Shown piece by piece: positions 30,161 to 39,372 of a stretch of DNA of 64,000 bases. The number at the start of each line of letters is the position of its first letter. Within the stretch, counting starts at the first letter, position 1. Made by a program: the position numbers and the translations under genes. The notes under the pieces were generated by a model. It saw nothing but the letters and a program-made list of their open reading frames with translations, had not been told where the DNA came from and made no database searches. Source of the stretch: an uncultured virus (IMG/VR IMGVR_UViG_3300018019_000008) (lineage: Duplodnaviria > Heunggongvirae > Uroviricota > Caudoviricetes). The stretch lies in the IMG/VR virus record IMGVR_UViG_3300018019_000008; one strand, given 5' to 3'.

Positions 30161-31120
30161 TTATGGAGTAGATGAGATAGTCATCTTGCAAACGCCCGTA
30201 CTCTGAACGAGAACTGGCTTTACTCGAACGCTTGATACGTAGTAGGTGTATGCCCATTGTGTCCAGTAGAAGTTTCTGGTCTGTAGTCTTCGTTTCCATG
30301 CAAGCAATGTAACTGGTCCACGACCAGTATCGTTCGGGAACACGATGTATGAGTAGCTGTCAACGCCTTGATTAGTGTCTGACGGAGTTCCACCAATTCC
30401 AGTACCCGCGAGTAATGGAGTCTTTAGAACACGGCAACCAGCAAACTGTCCGATTTCGCCTTCCATCATCCTTCCTAAGTCGTAAAGTGTGTACCGTTTG
30501 CTGTCAAGGAACTGTGTGCTATTAAGCAATGCGGCGCAAGTATCAGGTGAAGCGATGAAGAACGGTGGATTTGCTGAGTCAACGACCCAATTTGCGTTTT
30601 CCATCTTTGCAAGAGCTTTTGTTATGTCAGTATAAGTCGAACCAGCGGATACGGTGTATTGAACACCAGCACCAGATTCGTAAAGGTCAGCTATGGATGC
30701 GTCTATGTATTCCATGATAGCCAAGCCCATGTTTCTCAAGTGGATACGAACCCACTCGATTTGTGGGAAGTCTTCAAGCAATATGTCTGACAAGTTAGTT
30801 GCGGCAAAGATTGGGTCCGTAACGCTGACGTACCAGTTACTTATCATTTTAGTTGTTGCGACCATACCGATTGACGGATTGACTAAGTTGGCTTCTGTGA
30901 TTGTACTAGCGTACATGTGAGTTAAGAACAAGCCACGAATGGTATTGCCTGTACTGCCAATCAAGGAAAAGTCCTCAAGAGGTAGAGATAGGAAGACCAA
31001 AGGTCGTCTTGGCAACTCGAACACTTCGCTGTAAATCAGGAATGGAGTAGCACCTAAGCCAGCAACGACAGCAGAGGCAGTTAAAGTTTCTTCAATTGTT
31101 ATTTCTTCCATTTTAATCAT
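30161..31120 (-). CDS. Major capsid protein (HK97-fold, inferred)
   Basis: 319 aa downstream of protease and scaffold; AIMEYIDASI, FIASP...ALL, GEIGQFAGCRV. Confidence 0.8.
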   Translation of the reverse strand: MIKMEEITIEETLTASAVVAGLGATPFLIYSEVFELPRRPLVFLSLPLEDFSLIGSTGNTIRGLFLTHMYASTITEANLVNPSIGMVATTKMISNWYVSVTDPIFAATNLSDILLEDFPQIEWVRIHLRNMGLAIMEYIDASIADLYESGAGVQYTVSAGSTYTDITKALAKMENANWVVDSANPPFFIASPDTCAALLNSTQFLDSKRYTLYDLGRMMEGEIGQFAGCRVLKTPLLAGTGIGGTPSDTNQGVDSYSYIVFPNDTGRGPVTLLAWKRRLQTRNFYWTQWAYTYYVSSVRVKPVLVQSTGVCKMTISSTP

Positions 31121-31128
31121 CTGATTAA
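31113..31128. promoter_or_regulatory. Palindromic operator-like site over the predicted capsid transcription start
   Basis: TTAATCATCTGATTAA, about 18 bp downstream of TTTAAATA (31146-31153). Confidence 0.7.
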
Positions 31129-31246
31129 TAGTATCACACTTCTGGTATTTAAATCTATTGTTTCAAAAAGTGTTATATAACAAGAATGTTGTACAACAAA
31201 ACTGTTATAAAAACTAAAAAAGAAAAAAGTTGGGGATAGAATTTTT

Positions 31247-31687
31247 TTATTCTATACTATTTTCGTCTTGAACGCCAGCGGGTGGTTGTTTGTGTTCTGG
31301 GAACCATATTCCACCAGTTTCTTGGTCCATAAAGATTTTTTCTTGCTTGTACATATGGATAACGTCCATTGCTTCTTTGTTGGCAGGAATTTTGTCTTCG
31401 AGCAGAATTGCAAAGTGTGGGAATTCGCCTTCATCTATAGGTTCAACTTTCTCAGTAAATCCCTCATTTGAGCATGAGCGATAAACACCTGTTGGAAGAA
31501 CCATAAATTTCACGGCTTTGCTACTATGGCAAGCACCGCACGGCATATCTTGTGCTCTGAATAGCCATTTTTGTCGATGGAGTTTTCCAGTATTTGGCTT
31601 GTCTGATGGTTCACGAACTAACTGATACCAAACAACTTGGTCTAAGTGTTGATGCATTGGGCTTATTGGATATTTAGTTTCGGTCAT
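31247..31687 (-). CDS. Hypothetical protein in the head module
   Basis: ORF between scaffold and capsid, with GGAG upstream. Confidence 0.55.
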   Translation of the reverse strand: MTETKYPISPMHQHLDQVVWYQLVREPSDKPNTGKLHRQKWLFRAQDMPCGACHSSKAVKFMVLPTGVYRSCSNEGFTEKVEPIDEGEFPHFAILLEDKIPANKEAMDVIHMYKQEKIFMDQETGGIWFPEHKQPPAGVQDENSIE

Positions 31688-31702
31688 TTTTCATTTCTCC
31701 TT

Positions 31703-32587
31703 TTAAACTACGCTCTGTGGGGGCTGTCCTTGCTTTCGTGCCTCAATTTCTGCTTGAGCACGTTTGTTCAACATCATTTCCTTGAATGGCTTAGTTTCAA
31801 CGCCATTTTCTGGTCCGCCTTGCATTGTATCATATTTTGCTTTGACTAATGATGCCCATTTCTGTAGAAGTGATGTTAATGCGGCTTTCGCTTCAGCGGC
31901 TTGTTGCTTATCTGGACCGTTCTCTACATCGTGTAGGTAACGAACCATAGCTTCATAGCTTGCGAATTTCTTATGCATTAAATCAGTTGGCTCACTACCC
32001 GCGCCTTGCTGTTGCGGATTAAGTGGAGCACTTCCAGCGGGAGTTTCGGGCTTTGGTACTGCTTTTCCTGTTTTTGCGGCTTCAATTGCGGCGGCTTCGT
32101 CTGCTTTTCTTTTGGCTTCAGCTTCTTCCAGACGCTTTTTCTCTGATTCTTGGTATTGTTTGAATTGCTCTTCGCCGACCTTAATTTGCTTTTCAAGAGT
32201 ATTCATTGTGAATTCCATTGCGGCGATTCCTTCAGGAGTGCTAAGTTTCGATTCGATTTCCTTAACACGTTCAGGGTCTTTCAAAAGAGCGTTAGCTTTT
32301 TCAACAACGCCTTTCCGTTTCTTGTCAAGTTCTTTCTCGGCAATGAACCCTAACTTGTTCTTTAGGTCTTCCGCCTCTTCCGCTGATTTCTTAGCGGTTT
32401 CTTCTTGAGCCTTCATATCAGCTTCGGCTTTTGCTAATTTAGCTTCGGTCTCTTTCTTTGCTTGTTCGGCTTCAGCTAATTGCTTTGCAAGAATTTCAGT
32501 CTGTTTATTATCAACAGTTACCGTAATTTCTTGTGGCTTTTGTGCTGGTGTTTCATTCGGTTTTGGAGTTTCGGTCATATTTTTCAA
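31703..32587 (-). CDS. Probable scaffolding protein
   Basis: Long charged coiled coil upstream of the capsid gene; promoter at 32615-32631. Confidence 0.65.
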   Translation of the reverse strand: MKNMTETPKPNETPAQKPQEITVTVDNKQTEILAKQLAEAEQAKKETEAKLAKAEADMKAQEETAKKSAEEAEDLKNKLGFIAEKELDKKRKGVVEKANALLKDPERVKEIESKLSTPEGIAAMEFTMNTLEKQIKVGEEQFKQYQESEKKRLEEAEAKRKADEAAAIEAAKTGKAVPKPETPAGSAPLNPQQQGAGSEPTDLMHKKFASYEAMVRYLHDVENGPDKQQAAEAKAALTSLLQKWASLVKAKYDTMQGGPENGVETKPFKEMMLNKRAQAEIEARKQGQPPQSVV

Positions 32588-32694
32588 CCTTTAGATAATA
32601 ACATAGTGAATCTACTATTTAAAGGTTATGGAAAGTGTAATACAAAATTCTAGTTGTATTACCATAAGACTTATATATCTGTTTATCATTATAG

Positions 32695-32710
32695 TTAATC
32701 AGGTGATTAA
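32695..32710. promoter_or_regulatory. Palindromic operator-like site
   Basis: TTAATCAGGTGATTAA, about 18 bp downstream of the TATA of the plus-strand promoter at 32662-32678. Confidence 0.7.
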
Positions 32711-32713
32711 AAA

Positions 32714-32833
32714 ATGGGATTTGGCGACCCTCTTCACGTTCCAATATGTCCAAATTGTAAAACATCAAAGAATATAGTCTGGAATGCTAAAGGTCAATTC
32801 AGATGTAAAAAATGCGGGTGGAAACTTGAATAA
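32714..32833 (+). CDS. Small zinc-ribbon protein (39 aa)
   Basis: Manual translation MGFGDPLHVPICPNCKTSKNIVWNAKGQFRCKKCGWKLE, with a GGTGA RBS. Confidence 0.7.
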   Translation: MGFGDPLHVPICPNCKTSKNIVWNAKGQFRCKKCGWKLE

Positions 32834-33200
32834 AAATACATCTATCCGTCTAGGTGACACTCTTGATGAATTAATCGACCAATACGCCGCATTTATGAAT
32901 ATAGACCGTTCAAAAGTTATCAGAACAGTATTAATGGAAGGTCTTTTTCAAAAAACTAAAGCGGCTCAATTTCAACATTTTGAAGATTGGTTAGCCAAGA
33001 GAGAAATATTTGAACTAATGAAAGAATGTGAGAAATGTGGAAAAAAAGAAAATTTAGGATTCTATCACATAGACGGTAACATAGACAATAATGCATCAAG
33101 CAACATAGTTACTCTATGCGTCCCATGCCTAAACGCTTTTCAAAATTGGAAGCTAAAACAAAATATAAAAGAGAAGTTTATTGAATGGTTTTTTGCTTAA
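32826..33200 (+). CDS. Ribbon-helix-helix regulator fused to an HNH-like Zn domain
   Basis: TSIRLGDTLDELIDQYA..MNIDRSKVIR (RHH) then CEKC...HIDGN..NN...N...LC..C. The start is probably TTG 32826 after GGTGG. Confidence 0.7.
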   Translation: MNKNTSIRLGDTLDELIDQYAAFMNIDRSKVIRTVLMEGLFQKTKAAQFQHFEDWLAKREIFELMKECEKCGKKENLGFYHIDGNIDNNASSNIVTLCVPCLNAFQNWKLKQNIKEKFIEWFFA

Positions 33201-33628
33201 ACACCATCTTTGCCTTTGTCAGTCTGTTGTGGAACACCTGTTGAACTTGGAACGCCTTTTGGTTTTCCACTACCATCGAATTTTGCATCTATGCCAGCGT
33301 CTTCTATGCCATCTTCAGGACCGCTACTGTCAATTTGCTGTGGAACGCCTTTTGACATTCCCATCAGAGGACCAGTAACGACATCAGAACTTTTTGGCGG
33401 AACAACTTCATCTTGTGGACCAGCGGTGCTTTCTGTGCCAATCATTACGTCTTTGCTGTCATCTCCCGCGAGTCTCCTTGCGTTTGCTGGATTAACAATG
33501 TCCATTTCGCCAGCCATTATCTTGGCTTTTTCAGCCATATCAATAGCCATCACATCTACCTTCTTTCCACCAGTTTTTGCTTCGTTTATTTCTTTAACTA
33601 CGTCACTCATACTTACATTCACCCCCAT
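33197..33628 (-). CDS. Low-complexity acidic head-associated protein
   Basis: Immediately follows the protease gene; GVPQQ occurs twice. Confidence 0.5.
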   Translation of the reverse strand: MGVNVSMSDVVKEINEAKTGGKKVDVMAIDMAEKAKIMAGEMDIVNPANARRLAGDDSKDVMIGTESTAGPQDEVVPPKSSDVVTGPLMGMSKGVPQQIDSSGPEDGIEDAGIDAKFDGSGKPKGVPSSTGVPQQTDKGKDGV

Positions 33629-34270
33629 TTAAAGTGATATATGAATGGTAATTGGAACTTGTGGTTGTCTTTCTACAACCCATGAGAAACTTTCTTCAAC
33701 ATCTTGTGGACCAGTTTCTACTTGAGCCGCATCTTGTCCTCTCGGAGTATTAGGCGAAAGCAATTGAACATGGTTTACGCGCATACCGAATATTTTTCGG
33801 ATAACTCGTCCAGCCGCGTCAACGAATTTTTGACATAATCCTCGTCCGCCGATGCTGACTCCCCATCCTTTCTTAACTTCATTGATTAGATTTGGAAAGT
33901 TTGGGTTATCTATTAGATGTGCTCGGAACTTGATTTTTCTTGCTACTTTATCAATCCATGTTTCGGTAATTTCTCCAACTTGACAATCTGCATAGTTTCG
34001 GTGCATATTGGCAGTTAATAGCCCTGTATTTACGTTAACTTTTGTGGTTGTTCCATAGAAAATTGGAACGCCTTTAGCCGTCTCAGCTATATCTTCCATT
34101 TCTTCAATGGTATAAAGATTGTCGTTGTTAGAAAGACCTTCAGCAAGAAGTGTACCTGTAATCATAGCGACACCTATTGCACTTTCCTCTATATCAATTA
34201 CGAATGGTGAAGTAAATTCGAAACTCATTGATTCTTCAATCATTGTACTCATTCTAACATCCACTCCCAT
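33629..34270 (-). CDS. Prohead (maturation) protease
   Basis: ITG...EGLSNNDNLYT, NMH, VGEI, GWGVSIGG (putative catalytic Ser). Confidence 0.7.
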   Translation of the reverse strand: MGVDVRMSTMIEESMSFEFTSPFVIDIEESAIGVAMITGTLLAEGLSNNDNLYTIEEMEDIAETAKGVPIFYGTTTKVNVNTGLLTANMHRNYADCQVGEITETWIDKVARKIKFRAHLIDNPNFPNLINEVKKGWGVSIGGRGLCQKFVDAAGRVIRKIFGMRVNHVQLLSPNTPRGQDAAQVETGPQDVEESFSWVVERQPQVPITIHISL

Positions 34271-34623
34271 ATTTCTGGTTTTATTGTGTTAACGTCAATT
34301 TTTTCTGTTTTAAGAAGTTCGTTTTCTATTTCTTCTGTGATTAAAGTTTCCTCGAAATCGAGATAGTCAACGCCAACGTTAATATCTGTCACCAGATATG
34401 ATTCGCTGACAGTATAGCCGTGGCTTTTTATCCACGCTTTAGCTTGAGCAAGAGTATATTGTTTTCTTGGAAATAAAACACTTTGAATTTCAGAACCACC
34501 AGCTTTCTTGAAACCTATAATAGCCTTAATTCCTTTACCGAGAGTCTTCACTCTCATCCGAATGAATTGGCTCGGACTTGCTATTCTAATCCGAACATAG
34601 TTTGCTGTTACATCAACTGGCAT
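34249..34623 (-). CDS. Head-module protein
   Basis: RIRIASPSQF...QSVLFP...AQAKAWIKSH; overlaps the protease start. Confidence 0.55.
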   Translation of the reverse strand: MPVDVTANYVRIRIASPSQFIRMRVKTLGKGIKAIIGFKKAGGSEIQSVLFPRKQYTLAQAKAWIKSHGYTVSESYLVTDINVGVDYLDFEETLITEEIENELLKTEKIDVNTIKPEIWEWMLE

Positions 34624-34643
34624 TATAGGTCACCGTGATTTGT

Positions 34644-34877
34644 TTAACTTTTATTACCGTCATCGGTTCCAGCTAAACGCTTTACGTTTGAAACATTAGG
34701 AACTATAACGGTTGATAACTTTCGTTTATCTCGTTGGTTCTCTAAGTCCATTTCGTGGTCAATTGCGTCAAGTGTTGCATGTGTTGGATTTGCCTTCGTT
34801 GCTTCGCCGACATCGGATTTGCTGATTATTTCAACCTTTTTTCCGTTTACTGCATTTTCTCCGTCTTTTGCGCTCAT
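34644..34877 (-). CDS. Small head-associated protein
   Basis: Shares an RLAG(T)DD motif with 33197..33628. Confidence 0.5.
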   Translation of the reverse strand: MSAKDGENAVNGKKVEIISKSDVGEATKANPTHATLDAIDHEMDLENQRDKRKLSTVIVPNVSNVKRLAGTDDGNKS

Positions 34878-35276
34878 CTATTGCATCCCCATTTCTTTTA
34901 GATACCAATCGATTACGGCATCCCTTTTCTCAACAGGAAGCTCTTCTGTTTCATTAACTTCAATCCCATATTTCTTTGCTCGTCTTTTTAAACAACCCAT
35001 AATTCTAGCTTTGATAGCTGGTGAAAACTTTGAATTCTTCAACCGCGCTAACCCATTACGAACGTGAGCCGCATCGTGAGCGGGAAAAGACCTATCGGGA
35101 CCACAGAACGCACTAGCTGAAAGACCTTTACGTTCTGCATAAGAAAGTTTTGCCTCTTCAATTGTAACGGCTTCGCCTTCGAAAATAGAATACCATTCCT
35201 CGTTTTCATTCATTATGGTCACTTTAAGAATAGAAAGGTAAAGGAAGTATTTAAGTCTATCTCTTATTAAGAACAA
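34878..35276 (-). CDS. DUF6582-like protein, paralog 1 (true start probably ~35213)
   Basis: LSASAFCGPDRSFPAHDAAHVRNGLARL. Confidence 0.6.
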   Translation of the reverse strand: MFLIRDRLKYFLYLSILKVTIMNENEEWYSIFEGEAVTIEEAKLSYAERKGLSASAFCGPDRSFPAHDAAHVRNGLARLKNSKFSPAIKARIMGCLKRRAKKYGIEVNETEELPVEKRDAVIDWYLKEMGMQ

Positions 35277-35311
35277 AAAATGTTAAATATTAAAGGGGGA
35301 AATTAGATTTT

Positions 35312-36199
35312 TTATCTCGTCATTCCAGATGATTCGCTATTGCTACTCGAAGAGCTAGAACTTGGTTTACTTGATTCACTTGATGAGCTTGGCTTACTCG
35401 AACTTGATGGTTCAGAACTTGAACTAGACGAACTTAGTTTAGAGCTTTTGCTTGATTCAGAAGACTCAGACGATTCACTTGAGCTACTTGGTTTACTCGA
35501 TGAACTTGAGGAACTTGAGCCAGACATCTTTGATGGAACGCTACTTGCGGCTGGATTTCCTTTTCTCGGTATAACAACTGCTGGGACATTTCTCATTCCC
35601 ATCCGTCTAAATGCTACGGTTCTAGCGTGACCATCGTGAATTTCATATGTGCCGTCAGGATTCTCATATAGAACAATTGGCGGGATTGTTTCTCCACGTT
35701 TCTTCATCTTGAGGAAATCTTTGGCTCTTTTGTATAGCCTATCGTGTTTTGCACCATCGAATTTTTCGCTAAAATGAAGCATGTTTGGGTCAACGTGAAC
35801 TAACTTTGCGTTCATTCCAGCTTCTTCCAGATACCATTCTATCACGGCATCATTAGGAGCAATAACTTTGGCTTTGCTTTCAGAAACATTGTATTCTTGG
35901 AAAAGCCATTCAAGTGCTTTATCTTCCTTCTCTTCAGGAAGTTCACTTTCGTTAATTTCTACGCCGAATTTCTTTGCCCGTCTTCGTAAGCATCCCATAA
36001 TCCTTGCCTTAATTGCGGCATTCTTGACAAAATGTAACCTTGCAAGAGCATTTCTAACGTGTGCGGCATCGTGGGCTGGATAACTTCTATCGGGTCCGCA
36101 AAACGCACTAGCGGGTAAGTTCTGTCGTTTGGCATAAGTTAGCTTTGCCTCTTCGATTTCATACCCTTCATATTCAACTAATACTTCGAAATCTTCCAT
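35312..36199 (-). CDS. DUF6582-like protein, paralog 2, fused to a ParB-like domain and a Ser-rich tail
   Basis: LPASAFCGPDRSYPAHDAAHVRNALARL; PPIVL...YEIHDGHAR; poly-Ser C-terminus. Confidence 0.7.
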   Translation of the reverse strand: MEDFEVLVEYEGYEIEEAKLTYAKRQNLPASAFCGPDRSYPAHDAAHVRNALARLHFVKNAAIKARIMGCLRRRAKKFGVEINESELPEEKEDKALEWLFQEYNVSESKAKVIAPNDAVIEWYLEEAGMNAKLVHVDPNMLHFSEKFDGAKHDRLYKRAKDFLKMKKRGETIPPIVLYENPDGTYEIHDGHARTVAFRRMGMRNVPAVVIPRKGNPAASSVPSKMSGSSSSSSSSKPSSSSESSESSESSKSSKLSSSSSSSEPSSSSKPSSSSESSKPSSSSSSSNSESSGMTR

Positions 36200-36296
36200 A
36201 GATGAATCACTTTACAGAAATAGAAAGTGACATCTGCTATTTAAATCTTATCCTGTACACTAACAAAAAACGTTAAAAAAAAGAATGAAAAAATGT

Positions 36297-36611
36297 TTAA
36301 TTAACTTTTAGTGTTCCAAATTTTCCAATGTTTAGTTGGATTTCGCCTTTGAAACTGGTTACATAACCATTACCAACTTCGATATTGTCACCGATGTTTA
36401 CTTGGTCAATCTGTCCATTCCACAATATTAGCTTTATACTACCTGTCTCGTCTGCAATTACAGCATCAGCCACCCTATAAATCTCATCATTAAAGCGTGA
36501 TTTGGTTTCCCTAACGCCGCTTTTTTCTACTATCTTTGCTTGAATAGTAACCCGTTTCGCACCGTTTTGAAGTTCTTTTATTTGCATACATTCACCACCA
36601 TTTTTAATCAT
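36297..36611 (-). CDS. ssb: Single-OB-fold ssDNA-binding protein
   Basis: VADAVIADETGSIKLILW...GYVTSFKGEIQLNIGKFG. Confidence 0.88.
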   Translation of the reverse strand: MIKNGGECMQIKELQNGAKRVTIQAKIVEKSGVRETKSRFNDEIYRVADAVIADETGSIKLILWNGQIDQVNIGDNIEVGNGYVTSFKGEIQLNIGKFGTLKVN

Positions 36612-36634
36612 TAAAAAAAGAAAAGGGGGAAAAT

Positions 36635-37273
36635 CTATTTCTTCAATGGAGCTTTCGGTATTTCGAAATGACTGTTTTTTCCAGCAGAAACGTACTGCCC
36701 GCCAAGACCGCGAACTGTTGTGGCAACTTTAGCAAAAATTTCTGAACCCAAAAACTTACTAGGTCTGACTATTACGAACATTGCTGATTCATCTGTATTT
36801 ATGAGGACGTACTCAGCTAATGGTTCGAATGCGGCGATAATTTCTTTTACTCTCGGTGGTACTTCTGTTGCGGGTGGTCCTTGAGTTGCTTGAGTAGGTG
36901 ATGTAGTTGGTGTTATAGTTGATGCGGCTATAGGTTTTGCTGGTTCCTTTACTGGTGTAGATATTTGTGTTGGTTGTGGTGCGGGTTTAAATTCAGCTTT
37001 TGGTTGTGCCGCCTTTGAAAAAATGTCATTAAGCGTTTTTAGCTCTGTCAATACGGCTTCAAGTTTTCCGTAAATAAGTGTTAATGCAATATCTGGCTTG
37101 AGCAAAAGTATTTCTTTGTCTCCAACCTTAACTAAAGTAACAGGATTATTTTTAGGGGCTTGTGCCATTTTTTGCTGTTCCTTTTCACTTGGATAATCTT
37201 CTTGACTAACAAAACTCATTTTTTGTTTTGGGGGTTGTTCTGCTGTATTTTCATTTTCTGTCATATATTTCAA
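36635..37273 (-). CDS. Hypothetical protein with a Pro/Thr linker and a compact C-terminal domain
   Basis: Own promoter at ~37301-37317; co-transcribed with ssb. Confidence 0.6.
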   Translation of the reverse strand: MKYMTENENTAEQPPKQKMSFVSQEDYPSEKEQQKMAQAPKNNPVTLVKVGDKEILLLKPDIALTLIYGKLEAVLTELKTLNDIFSKAAQPKAEFKPAPQPTQISTPVKEPAKPIAASTITPTTSPTQATQGPPATEVPPRVKEIIAAFEPLAEYVLINTDESAMFVIVRPSKFLGSEIFAKVATTVRGLGGQYVSAGKNSHFEIPKAPLKK

Positions 37274-37317
37274 CCTTTACTTCTTAATGTGTAAAGCGAA
37301 GTATATAAACATTGCGG

Positions 37318-37491
37318 TTATTGAATTTGTGTGGCAATATATATGCAAGCGCATCCTAATCCAGCACGGAAACATCTTACAAATTGGAACCAAAAGAACG
37401 GCTGAGTAGGCTGAACAATAATGCTACCAATTCCATCGGCGATAAGAGCTACACCTATCCCGTAAAGAATATATTTCAATATGATGTTCAT
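37318..37491 (-). CDS. Small membrane protein (57 aa)
   Basis: Manual translation MNIILKYILYGIGVALIADGIGSIIVQPTQPFFWFQFVRCFRAGLGCACIYIATQIQ; GGTAGTGA upstream. Confidence 0.55.
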   Translation of the reverse strand: MNIILKYILYGIGVALIADGIGSIIVQPTQPFFWFQFVRCFRAGLGCACIYIATQIQ

Positions 37492-37544
37492 GTCATCACT
37501 ACCTCTAGTAAATCAAAGAAAAAGGGGGAAGTATTTAACTTCTT

Positions 37545-37802
37545 TTAACTAGCGGGTGCTGAGACTGCTGGTACTGAATTACCAAGCATTTTAACAATGA
37601 CTGCTAATACGCCGCCTAAAAGTGCCGCGCCAAGTATAGCTAATGATGCACCGTTTACTGGTGTTCCAGCACCAACGGCTTCAAGATATGCTATAACGGG
37701 TGGCAATTCTGCCGCAACGAAAAGCAGTATTGTTTGCTGAGTGTTTGTTAGACCAGTTACAGCCGCTTTTAATTTAGCTTTCAAACCCATACATTTCACC
37801 AT
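37545..37802 (-). CDS. Holin-like two-TM protein
   Basis: Basic N-terminus and two hydrophobic helices; own promoter at ~37829-37845. Confidence 0.5.
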   Translation of the reverse strand: MVKCMGLKAKLKAAVTGLTNTQQTILLFVAAELPPVIAYLEAVGAGTPVNGASLAILGAALLGGVLAVIVKMLGNSVPAVSAPAS

Positions 37803-37839
37803 ATTTACTTTATTTTATATACAATCTACTATATAAATC

Positions 37840-38784
37840 TTATGGTTGTTGTTCATCTTCTTTTTTAGGGTTCATATAATAGAATCGTCCTTTTCTATGA
37901 AGGACCCACGGAAAAAAATTACTAATTTTTGCGGCACTATTTCCTATTGGACATGGACTAGGAACTGGTGCTGGCGGTGGGATTGGACTTGGTGGAGAAA
38001 CAGGAGTAGGTGCTGGCTGACCAGTTATTGCCGCTACGTCCGCGAGTAATGCTGGAATGTTTAACGGGTCTGTTGCTGGATTAACCCATGAATCTATGTT
38101 GTCGATTACTGCATAGGCTTCATCAAAGTATTTATCCCAGAATGCCCAAGTCATCTGTTGCCGTTTACCCCATGTAATGCATATAGGACCTGTATCATTA
38201 TAGGCAACAATGTAAACGCAATGTCCACCAACTATTTGAGTATTAGTTGTTGAGACATCCCAAATTTGCCCAGCATTGAATTGGTCCATAGCACTTTGAG
38301 GAACTTGTAAACCTGTATATGCACCATAAAGAAGCATAACCGCATACATCAATTCATTATGATTGGCTATATTAATTTCAGTATAAGCGGCAATAGCGTA
38401 AGTTTTCCCAGCGACAACCCATCCCTTTTCCCAAGCATTGAGAGATGTCAACATGTCTAATCCGTTGTCGCAACCTTGTGGGTAACAGCCTTCTTCTTTG
38501 TAATATTCGGTTACAATGTCAGAATCGGTTATGTCGATAAGAATACCTTGTTGTTCATCTTCAAGTCTAAGAGTACAATGTCCTCGTCCAGCGATAACAC
38601 AACATCCAAGTGTATCATTGTCGTACATATTATTGTCAACCATATTAGTGAATGCGGAGTCAACATCAAAAGATGGTGCTACTGATGGTAAGTTTGCAGA
38701 TACAAGATATTTTCCAAATTGTAAAGTCCGTTTATCTATCCTCTTTGGTTTCTTTCCAAACTTATATTGAACCATACTAATCAT
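37840..38784 (-). CDS. Papain-like cysteine peptidase
   Basis: NDTLGCCVIAG (Cys), GGHCVYIVAY (His), ITWG; Pro-rich C-terminal linker. Confidence 0.75.
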   Translation of the reverse strand: MISMVQYKFGKKPKRIDKRTLQFGKYLVSANLPSVAPSFDVDSAFTNMVDNNMYDNDTLGCCVIAGRGHCTLRLEDEQQGILIDITDSDIVTEYYKEEGCYPQGCDNGLDMLTSLNAWEKGWVVAGKTYAIAAYTEINIANHNELMYAVMLLYGAYTGLQVPQSAMDQFNAGQIWDVSTTNTQIVGGHCVYIVAYNDTGPICITWGKRQQMTWAFWDKYFDEAYAVIDNIDSWVNPATDPLNIPALLADVAAITGQPAPTPVSPPSPIPPPAPVPSPCPIGNSAAKISNFFPWVLHRKGRFYYMNPKKEDEQQP

Positions 38785-38898
38785 CTCAACAACAAAAAGA
38801 TGAGAAAGACCTATATAAATTTATCCTTAGAGTTTAACATTATATGTAAAATTAAATAGAAAGATTTATATAATCGTTCCTTACTATGGATTACATAA

Positions 38899-39372
38899 GT
38901 GATTAGAATGGTTCACTATAAAGATTTGGAAAAACGAAAACAATATATGAAAAATTATTATATAAAAAATAAGGAACATCTTAAACAACTTGGAAAAGAT
39001 TGGAGAAAAAAACATAAAAGCGAAAATCTTAAAAGAATTAAAAAGTGGAGAGAGCAAAACAAAGAACAAACCAAAATAAATAATGCAAAATCAGCATATA
39101 AACGAATTAGAGAAACAAGAATTGAAATATTAAATCTACTTGGAAATAAATGCTCAATTTGTGGTTATTCCGACCCCAGAGCGTTACAGATTGACCATGT
39201 TAACGGCGGCGGACGCAAAGAACTGAGAAAATTCAGTAATTACTTTATACATTTAAAATTTGTTCTAACTCAAATTAAAGCTGGGTCTAAAGATTATCAG
39301 TTATTATGCGCTAATCATAATGCGATAAAACGATATGAGAATGAACGCCCTATTTCTCGGTTTGAATCTTAA
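38899..39372 (+). CDS. HNH endonuclease (subfamily B)
   Basis: CSICG...ALQIDHVNGGG...KDYQLLCANHN. Confidence 0.85.
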   Translation: MIRMVHYKDLEKRKQYMKNYYIKNKEHLKQLGKDWRKKHKSENLKRIKKWREQNKEQTKINNAKSAYKRIRETRIEILNLLGNKCSICGYSDPRALQIDHVNGGGRKELRKFSNYFIHLKFVLTQIKAGSKDYQLLCANHNAIKRYENERPISRFES

